64,000 bases of DNA. Source: an uncultured virus (IMG/VR IMGVR_UViG_3300024252_000008). Its lineage: Duplodnaviria; Heunggongvirae; Uroviricota; Caudoviricetes; Schitoviridae. Positions 56,469 through 64,000 of the stretch are shown one piece after another (the first letter of the stretch is position 1; the number at the start of each line of letters is the position of its first letter). Under the pieces are notes generated by a model. It was given only the letters and a program-made list of their open reading frames with translations. It was not told the DNA's origin and did not search any database. Location of the stretch: IMG/VR virus record IMGVR_UViG_3300024252_000008; one strand, given 5' to 3'. The position numbers were made by a program, and so were the translations under genes.

Positions 56469-58685
56469 ATGGCAACTAGAGTTACAGTAGCAACCGCAAC
56501 AATGCAGCTTATGGAGCCTGATAATTCTCCTGTAGAGAATGCTGTCCTTTCTGCCGTTTTATCTGGCAACAATATAAGCAACAGTTTAACTAATATTGTA
56601 CTAGGTGGTATGGCCACCAAAGTAGCCGGCTTTATGGGCTATGCTGAACAGTTTTATACTCTTGGTTTACCACAAGGAACTACTGATACTTTATTTACCG
56701 CCCCTAAAGCTGATGTTGCAGCTGCAATTGTTACTGATATGATCTTACCCCTTGGAGTACAAGTTGAAGCATACTTCACAGATCCTTTATCGATCTACTA
56801 TCTTGTTCTACCATTTTTAACTGCTGACCGAACCTATGATTATTTAACTCAAGAAATAACTACCTTTCCTGCAGGAATGACTATTCCTACTGTTAGTTCC
56901 ACTGGTGCCTTAGCAATTAATAAAGTCACTTTGTATGAACTGTCTTTAGCTGCAGATAATGTTACAGTTACCATTACTTATAAAATTCTAACCTCTTACG
57001 TTGTTCTCCACTCAAAGGCTAATGCTACCGTTGAATCAGATCCTGCTACTTATTACAATGAAGACCAGGTAATCAGTTCCAGCTATGAATTAGGTGCTGA
57101 ATACTGTATGGCCTCTTATTACGAGCTGGATGCTGGTGGCGCAACGACCCTGCCACTCAAATGGTGGGCATATAAACTTTCCGATGGCACACATCCAGCT
57201 TTAAGTGGTACCGTTACAATACAAACTTCTACTGATTTTATGCCAGTGGTTCCTATTAGAAGAGTAAATATTGATCTAACTTCTGCACCCTATCAGAGTA
57301 CTCAACAATATATTACCGGTAAAGCTTTACTAAAGAAAATAAAATTAGATATTGATGAGATTGCGACCCAAATAAATGATAACCCAGATAAAGATGATAT
57401 TGATCATGCTTATGTAATGTTTGGGGTTAATATGCAGACTACCAGTAATGCAGGCATCTGGTACCTTGGAGAATTCTTTGAACATATTGGTGCCTTAACA
57501 ACTGCTACTGCTTGGACCCATGTGGATGATATTCTTAATGGAGATTCAACAGTAAATGTTAATACTAAACAAACCTACACCATGAATACCTCTCTTGTGG
57601 AGTATGGCCTTAAACTTAAAATTGAATTCTTATATATTACTACAGTTTTTATTGTTGGTTCAATTGGGGCTATTGGCACTGCTACTAAGACGTTTACCCG
57701 GAATACTGTTGGTGATGTTTATAATTTAAGCTCTTGGGATGATAATTCTAAAGTAGTCTTCAAATTACAGACAGAAGCTAATTTATATAAAGAAGTAACT
57801 GTATACGCTCCCAGACATAATAATGACATATGGACCGGGCATTCAGTTAATACTTACCTTAATGATGTAATCGATGATGCAGATAATTTAAACTTTATTG
57901 TACCAGTGCATTACGGTGTATCTTTCAATATGAATAAGATAATGCAAAATCAACTTTATCAAGAAGCACTTATACTGGTTATTAATGCTGTAGATGTTGT
58001 TAAGCTTAAATGGTATGAATCTAGTTTGTTTAAATTTATCTTTTTATTTGCATCTCTTGCTTTTGCATTATGGTCTGCTCAGCCTTGGTTGTTAGATCTT
58101 GCTACTGCAGCTTCGGCAGGTTATATGGCCGTTATTAATTTTATCCTACCTCAAGTTGTTTTTGGAGTAGCTTTAAATTATGGTGTACAGCTTATTGTAG
58201 AAGCCATTGGGCCAGAAGGTGCTGCAATTTTAGCAATTCTTATTTTTGCTATTACAGCATTTAAAGGGCCCTCCAGTTCTGGTATATCTGTATTCGGTAA
58301 AGACATGCTTACTTCTGATATATTATTATCCATGGTTCCTGCATTGTTAAATAAGAGTAATGAGTTTATAGCCGGTCAGTTAGAAAACCTAAAGCAAGAG
58401 TATGATAATTTCTTATTGGCTGCAGAAAAGCAATGGGATGAATTAGCACTTATTCAAGAAGAACTTGAACCTAATTTATTGGCTGAGAATCTTTTAATGG
58501 CACAATCAGCCAGGTTATTACAGCATCCTATAACAGATCCAGAAAAGTTTTATGAGTACACAATTCATGCAGGCAATATAGGTACTGTTGTTGCACATGA
58601 TATCGTACCTAATTTTTTTGATATGTCTTTAAAATTACCTGAACCAAATAATTATGCTTTTGCTAATATGGCAAATATAGGTTAA
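56469..58685 (+). CDS. N4 gp53-like virion protein
   Basis: P.VPIR, I..NPD..DID.AY..FGV, KWYE, C-terminal TM helices; synteny. Confidence 0.75.
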   Translation: MATRVTVATATMQLMEPDNSPVENAVLSAVLSGNNISNSLTNIVLGGMATKVAGFMGYAEQFYTLGLPQGTTDTLFTAPKADVAAAIVTDMILPLGVQVEAYFTDPLSIYYLVLPFLTADRTYDYLTQEITTFPAGMTIPTVSSTGALAINKVTLYELSLAADNVTVTITYKILTSYVVLHSKANATVESDPATYYNEDQVISSSYELGAEYCMASYYELDAGGATTLPLKWWAYKLSDGTHPALSGTVTIQTSTDFMPVVPIRRVNIDLTSAPYQSTQQYITGKALLKKIKLDIDEIATQINDNPDKDDIDHAYVMFGVNMQTTSNAGIWYLGEFFEHIGALTTATAWTHVDDILNGDSTVNVNTKQTYTMNTSLVEYGLKLKIEFLYITTVFIVGSIGAIGTATKTFTRNTVGDVYNLSSWDDNSKVVFKLQTEANLYKEVTVYAPRHNNDIWTGHSVNTYLNDVIDDADNLNFIVPVHYGVSFNMNKIMQNQLYQEALILVINAVDVVKLKWYESSLFKFIFLFASLAFALWSAQPWLLDLATAASAGYMAVINFILPQVVFGVALNYGVQLIVEAIGPEGAAILAILIFAITAFKGPSSSGISVFGKDMLTSDILLSMVPALLNKSNEFIAGQLENLKQEYDNFLLAAEKQWDELALIQEELEPNLLAENLLMAQSARLLQHPITDPEKFYEYTIHAGNIGTVVAHDIVPNFFDMSLKLPEPNNYAFANMANIG

Positions 58686-58720
58686 TAATAAATAAATAAA
58701 TTTTAATAAGGGGACTGACT

Positions 58721-59230
58721 ATGGTAAACAATAACGATCAATTTAATTTTGATTTTGATATAGATGAAAATTTATTTAAAACCGATGTGGGCAAAACATA
58801 TGGGTCTTCTCAGAATCAGAATTTTGTTAATCAAGGTTTTGGTTTAGGAGATTTAGCAAATCTTAACACTAATCCTCTTAATCTTCCTGACTACGATGGA
58901 TTTAAGTTTTGGGGTAAAGGAGGTGTTGATGAGTTTGGCAGATATAGAGCTACTGGTATGGAACACCTTGGCGGATACCAAGATCCTCTTACTAAAATGA
59001 AACATGGTAGTTGGGCTGGTGGAGCATTTGATGCTCTTGAAGGGGGAGCTAAAGTTTATCTTGGTTTGAAGAAACTAGGACTGGCTGAAGATTCTTTTAA
59101 CTTCCAGAAGCAAGCATTCAATAAAAACTATGCTGCTCAGAAACAATTAGTTGAGGCAGATTTTAATTGGCGTGAAAATGCAAGAAAACTAGCCAATGCT
59201 TCTTACCAGAAAAAAACTATTAATATCTAA
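58721..59230 (+). CDS. N4 gp52-like internal virion protein
   Basis: LA...F.FQK.AFNKNY.AQ; synteny. Confidence 0.7.
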   Translation: MVNNNDQFNFDFDIDENLFKTDVGKTYGSSQNQNFVNQGFGLGDLANLNTNPLNLPDYDGFKFWGKGGVDEFGRYRATGMEHLGGYQDPLTKMKHGSWAGGAFDALEGGAKVYLGLKKLGLAEDSFNFQKQAFNKNYAAQKQLVEADFNWRENARKLANASYQKKTINI

Positions 59231-59243
59231 GTAGGGGGACAAA

Positions 59244-61091
59244 ATGGCTCAGATTACTTGGCGGAATGTAAATGCACCCTCCTTTGAAGGCCCACTGGAA
59301 GCAATAGGTGATGCTAATGAAGATATTATTAGTGGGTTTGATCCTTTTAAAAAAATACTTACCGATCATCAAAAACTCCAGGAAGAGAATTTTATTCAAC
59401 AAGGAGAAAATGTTGATACTGGTATCCAAGCTAACTTACAAAAGTTAAAATCTCTTGGTGAGTTGAACCAAGCAGAAGATGCAGGTCGGTTTGATATTGG
59501 TACTATAGAACAACAGTACGGTAAGATGGCGAACTTTGATAAGCTTACTAAAAATGTAGCCAAGCAACGTACTGATCTAAGGGCTGATGCACTTAGTATT
59601 GCCTCTGGAATTGGTACTCAAGCAGCCAACGATGGTAAGGATATTACTCTTGGTTCAAAGGCTGTATATGAAAATTTGATTGCTAAAGGCGCTGATAATG
59701 ACTGGGCACTGCAACAGGCTTCTAAGTGGGAACAAGGAGCTGGGGTATTACAGAATAAATTTAATAAAGAAAGAAAAGATGCTACAGACACTTTCTTATT
59801 AAATACAGGACCAATAACTTCTCCAGCAAAAATTCAAGAAACCATTGATGCGGGTAAACAACAAGGGATTAAGGCTAATTGGGATGTTGTCCAGCAAAAG
59901 CTCACTCAAGAAATGTCAGCAAATAGAACAGAAAGTATTTATCAGAGACAAGAAGCTGATAGAGTAGCTCTTAACGCTTTCAACACTGATTTTTTAAAAA
60001 ATATTAATAATGGTATGGATCCTGCACAAGCAGTACAAGTTGGTGCTAAAAAAGCAAACCTTAATGGTACTCAGCAAATAGCTGCTTCTAACATGGCTCT
60101 AGGTTATGCAAAGCAAAAACAAAAACTTAAAGGTCCTCAAGAAGAAATGTATAATCAGCTTAAATTAGAAGCTGATTCACAGCTTACACAACAACAAGCA
60201 GATGCTACTGCGCATATAGATTCTTTAAAGCAACAATTAAGTAATGTTACTGGGCTTGATGAGAATACAAAAACATTTGCTGAAAAAACAGTATTGCAGG
60301 ATGGTGGTATGGTAGGCGAGATTATGAAGAGTCTCACAAAAACAGGAAAAGTCGAACCTTCTGATTGGTGGAGCGCTTTAAAAACTAGCCCAGGTACTGT
60401 TAGTTCTATTTTAAATAATAAATTACAGCAATTAAGAAGTCTTCCTGGTATTAATGATGTTGATGCAAATAGTTTACTCTGGTTGGCTTATCAGGATTCT
60501 GTTGGAGATAGTTATGGTTTTGGTGGAGCAAAAGGAGTAGCCCCAAAAGCTTTAGATGCCACAATTAGAGCTCGAATGAGGCAATATAATGATGGTAAAG
60601 CTATTAGACAACAAATAATTACAGACTCTAAAAGTTTAAAAAGAGAACTTGAAAAAGCTGCAGTTGCAAAGAGTGGTGCATTACTAGGTTGGAGACAAGA
60701 ACAACGAAAAGGAAACCTTTCTGGTACTGTCAATAATGGTTCATTTGTTGAACAAATGAGTACAGCTTTTTCAAAACTTCCTAATGAATCTTCGCCTACT
60801 TTGCAAAAGCAATCTTTGATAGAGGCTAAAGCTGCTTTTAAGAGAGCCTTAGAGAACAATTCTGCTATTTCAAAACAAGTTGGGGATCAACTAACCAAAG
60901 ATATAAAACAAATGTCAGCAGTAGAATTTGAAAAAACTATAAAAAAACTCGGGGGTGTTACCCATACAGGAGCTCCTGTTGAAATAATTAAAAAACTTAA
61001 AAGTGGGGACTTTACAAAAGGAACTTCCCGCCGTTTAAAAAAAGATAGAGACTCATTTTTACGAGCACTTCCGGTTAATCTTAATAAATAG
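59244..61091 (+). CDS. N4 gp51-like internal virion (ejection) protein
   Basis: MAQITWRNVNAP N-terminus; synteny. Confidence 0.75.
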   Translation: MAQITWRNVNAPSFEGPLEAIGDANEDIISGFDPFKKILTDHQKLQEENFIQQGENVDTGIQANLQKLKSLGELNQAEDAGRFDIGTIEQQYGKMANFDKLTKNVAKQRTDLRADALSIASGIGTQAANDGKDITLGSKAVYENLIAKGADNDWALQQASKWEQGAGVLQNKFNKERKDATDTFLLNTGPITSPAKIQETIDAGKQQGIKANWDVVQQKLTQEMSANRTESIYQRQEADRVALNAFNTDFLKNINNGMDPAQAVQVGAKKANLNGTQQIAASNMALGYAKQKQKLKGPQEEMYNQLKLEADSQLTQQQADATAHIDSLKQQLSNVTGLDENTKTFAEKTVLQDGGMVGEIMKSLTKTGKVEPSDWWSALKTSPGTVSSILNNKLQQLRSLPGINDVDANSLLWLAYQDSVGDSYGFGGAKGVAPKALDATIRARMRQYNDGKAIRQQIITDSKSLKRELEKAAVAKSGALLGWRQEQRKGNLSGTVNNGSFVEQMSTAFSKLPNESSPTLQKQSLIEAKAAFKRALENNSAISKQVGDQLTKDIKQMSAVEFEKTIKKLGGVTHTGAPVEIIKKLKSGDFTKGTSRRLKKDRDSFLRALPVNLNK

Positions 61092-61099
61092 GATGTCTT

Positions 61100-64000
61100 A
61101 TGTTTGATCCAGAGCTTGCTCCGCAAAAAGGTATTGATCTTCAAAATACTCTTCAAGCTAAGATAGATATATTGAATAGTAAAACAGCAGAAAAGCAATT
61201 TGATACTGCAACTATGGAAGCACAGTTACGAAGCAGTGTTAACACTTTTCAAGAACCTAATCAGCCTTTAATCCCTTATAAAGAGACTCTTCCTGAAGCA
61301 GCAGCTCGGGGTGTTGTAGAATCAGTTAAGGGCATTCCTATGTTAGCTTCAGGTGTAGTAGCTGGCGGTGCTCTTGTGGCTGAAAAGATTGTAGGGGAAG
61401 GTGGTATTGCTACCAAGATTAAAGAAGCGGCTGCTGGTAAGTATCATAAAATTGAACAAGACATTGGTGTGGGCGCCCAACCAGAAGATTCTTTTACTTA
61501 CTCTTATGAAAAAGCTAAAGAAGGCGATTGGAAAGCATTAGTTTCTTGGTTCTCCCATGGTTCGGGTTATGTGGCCGGGCAATTAACTAGCTTGTTGGTT
61601 GGTAGTGGTATTATTAAAACCGGTGTGGAGCTTACTGGTAAAAAAGCAATTAGTAAGCTTATGGGTGGTTTAGTTAAGAAAGAAGCTGATCGGATAGCTA
61701 AACAGCAATTAATTACTCAAGGTGCTAAAGTAACTACTGAAAACATTGCTAAAGTTGCTGCAACTGATTCAGTATCTAAATTAGCAATATCTTCTGTAAC
61801 CAGTAAAGCTGGTACCCATATTGGTATGGCCTCTGCTGGTTTTGGTTTAGAGGGTGGTGAGATATTTGGTACTCTATCCCAGGAAGCAGATGTAACCTGG
61901 AAACAAATCCAGAAAGCTGGAATTGCTACTGGACTGGCCGGAGCAGTTGAATACTTAGATTTACTGTTTAATGTAAAAGCTTTAAAAGGTGGCCTCAGTA
62001 CCATTGGTGGATTAGGTAAAAAAGTAAGTGGTGTGGCCGGCAAAGCTACCAGAGTTGGTGTAACCGCAGGTAAAGTTGCTCCTGTTGAATTTGCTGAAGA
62101 GTACGCGCAAACAGCCATTGAACAATGGGGTACTGGTAAGAATCCTTTCTCTGCTGAATCTCGTAAAGAACAGTTTGATGCTGGTATGCTTGGTTCACTT
62201 GGTGGACCGGTTACCAGTGTAGGCGGAGTATTTACTCGGTCAGAACAGGAACAGCAAGAATCTACTGAACGTAAAGCAGAACGTAAAGCTCTCAGGGTTA
62301 AAGCGAATCCTAAAGCACAATTAGGTTATGAAGATAAATTATCAGCTGCTGTTGAAACAGAAGACATTTCCATGCATAAAGATAATCCTGTATTGGCAGC
62401 TGAAGCATTACAACAGATTAATCAAAAGAAAGATCTGGATCCATCGGTTAAAATAACCAATCATGATAAAGCAATAGAGATCCATAATGCAGTAGATGCT
62501 GAATTCCAGGAACAAATTAAAGAAGTACAGAAGTACCAGGCAATTAAAGAAGAAAGAGAACTTACTAAAGAAGAGGGTGAGTTAGCCGTCTCTGCAATGA
62601 AACAAGCCATGGCCTCTAAAGCCATCATAGATCAGATAGTACCGGTCATCGATAGTATGGGCCGAGAAGAGACTGCTTCACCTGAGAAACTCAAAGAAGT
62701 TAAGACAATTCTTAAGGGTTCTGATTCTGTTAAGATCCAGGAAGCTATTCTTACTGTTTTTGGTTCAAAAGGTGATTTTACAGATGCTGATATCAATGAG
62801 GTCCTGAATAACCCCAAAATAGACGATATAACGAAGGTTAAGTTCAAACGCATACTCTCCTATCAGAAAAGTGCCAAAGCGACTCTAGAGGGCCAAAAAA
62901 GCCCTATAAACAAGACATCTGTGCAGGTGAACCAAGATATTATCAATGGTAGAATCAAAGATAAATTTAAAGGTATCAAGGGCTACCTGCAATCCATAGC
63001 CATTGCAACACAAAATAAGGACACCAAATTAGCTAAATCTCAGTTATCAGATCTTCAGGCATTCACTGAAAGACATGCCATTAAAGCTGATTTATTTCGT
63101 AGACTTCAGGATGCAGTAATTAAAGCAAAAGCTAAAACAACTGAAGAACAAGAAGCAGTCATTAAAACATTCTCTGCGGCTGATCAGAAATTCTTAGAAC
63201 AACTGAACACTGAACGTGCATCAATTGGTTATAATGCCGATTATGACTTTAATACAAACTTTGAAGCTTCAATTCAATCCATGGAGCGTGAGGCTGATTC
63301 TCTGTCTGAAGCTCTTTCAGTTGCACAGGATATGATCACCCCTCCCCAAGCTCAGCCTACTGCCGAAAAGGTTGTTCAGTCTGAGACTGAGGAGGAGGAA
63401 ATTTCTGCAGCGACAGCGGAAGATGTTTCCTCAGAGGAAGTCGGAAGTAATGAACAACCTTTGAGTGCTGAGCAAGAAATAACTTCTTTAGTTAAAACAA
63501 ATAAAGGAAAATGGGTTACTGTTGATTTTCCTAAATACACTGGTACCTTTAAAGCTCAGGTAACTGGTAATGTGATTCCAGATAGCTTCAGTATAGTTAA
63601 TGGGGTAAAAACTGTTACTGGTTATAGTATTGAAATAAAAACAAATACAGGTAAAGTTCTTACTGCAACAGCACAAGAATTAGGTTTAAAAGCCTATAAA
63701 ACAGACCAAGATATTGAAACAACTACACCAGTACAAGAAGATTTTGTAGTTGAAGAGGAAGATACTTTTTTTGGTCAGGATGAATCTGAAACATTCTTAA
63801 CATTAGAAGAAATGACCAAAGCGGAATTACAAACTCTTTATCAGAATACTGAAAAAACTAATACTGACAGAAGACAAGAAATTGAAGCAGTACTTAGAAC
63901 AAAGCATGCAACTGAAAAGAAACCAAAGAAAGAAGATGGCTCTAAACCCGAAGAAAATGCTGACGACGCGTCGGCATTTTCTGAGTCTGAGCCATCTGAA
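61100..64000 (+). CDS. Virion RNA polymerase (gp50-like), N-terminal part, runs off the window
   Basis: ATG at 61100 (MFDPELAPQK...). The frame is open where checked at both ends and has no stop-terminated ORF in the track. Position follows gp51, and hairpin promoters imply a vRNAP. Catalytic domain not visible. Confidence 0.65.
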   Translation, partial: MFDPELAPQKGIDLQNTLQAKIDILNSKTAEKQFDTATMEAQLRSSVNTFQEPNQPLIPYKETLPEAAARGVVESVKGIPMLASGVVAGGALVAEKIVGEGGIATKIKEAAAGKYHKIEQDIGVGAQPEDSFTYSYEKAKEGDWKALVSWFSHGSGYVAGQLTSLLVGSGIIKTGVELTGKKAISKLMGGLVKKEADRIAKQQLITQGAKVTTENIAKVAATDSVSKLAISSVTSKAGTHIGMASAGFGLEGGEIFGTLSQEADVTWKQIQKAGIATGLAGAVEYLDLLFNVKALKGGLSTIGGLGKKVSGVAGKATRVGVTAGKVAPVEFAEEYAQTAIEQWGTGKNPFSAESRKEQFDAGMLGSLGGPVTSVGGVFTRSEQEQQESTERKAERKALRVKANPKAQLGYEDKLSAAVETEDISMHKDNPVLAAEALQQINQKKDLDPSVKITNHDKAIEIHNAVDAEFQEQIKEVQKYQAIKEERELTKEEGELAVSAMKQAMASKAIIDQIVPVIDSMGREETASPEKLKEVKTILKGSDSVKIQEAILTVFGSKGDFTDADINEVLNNPKIDDITKVKFKRILSYQKSAKATLEGQKSPINKTSVQVNQDIINGRIKDKFKGIKGYLQSIAIATQNKDTKLAKSQLSDLQAFTERHAIKADLFRRLQDAVIKAKAKTTEEQEAVIKTFSAADQKFLEQLNTERASIGYNADYDFNTNFEASIQSMEREADSLSEALSVAQDMITPPQAQPTAEKVVQSETEEEEISAATAEDVSSEEVGSNEQPLSAEQEITSLVKTNKGKWVTVDFPKYTGTFKAQVTGNVIPDSFSIVNGVKTVTGYSIEIKTNTGKVLTATAQELGLKAYKTDQDIETTTPVQEDFVVEEEDTFFGQDESETFLTLEEMTKAELQTLYQNTEKTNTDRRQEIEAVLRTKHATEKKPKKEDGSKPEENADDASAFSESEPSE

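Noticed and set aside
1..64000. tRNA genes, integrase, DGR/retron RT, alternative genetic code, host assignment
   Set aside because: None recognised by eye. Standard code gives intact core genes. The host cannot be determined without database searches.

Overview
The window is most of an N4-like (Schitoviridae-type) lytic phage genome, AT-rich and circularly permuted. Early and middle genes run on the minus strand from about 40.2 kb down to 4.7 kb. They include hairpin vRNAP promoters, the two-subunit RNAPII, AAA/vWA pair, helicase, DNA polymerase, RuvC, exonuclease, primase, SSB and ligase. Late genes run on the plus strand from about 41 kb (terminase, tail fibre, portal, major capsid protein, internal virion proteins, start of the giant vRNAP) and apparently resume at 1-4.7 kb. 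The probable physical genome end lies in the divergent gap at about 40.3-41 kb. The main find is an RNA-guided TIGR-Tas-type locus. A nuclease-less Nop/IS110-related protein with a Zn-ribbon insert (27112-27981) is followed by an array of ten exact 36-nt dual-spacer units (26744-27103) and an uncharacterised basic partner gene. Other finds are three group I introns carrying HNH endonucleases, all in P-loop NTPase genes, and a DNA polymerase split by a free-standing HNH gene with no intron core. The major capsid protein has a ~200-aa insertion. There is also a candidate structured early ncRNA, twin candidate sRNA cassettes and two RepL-like cassettes. All calls come from manual reading, motif recognition and synteny; no database searches were run.
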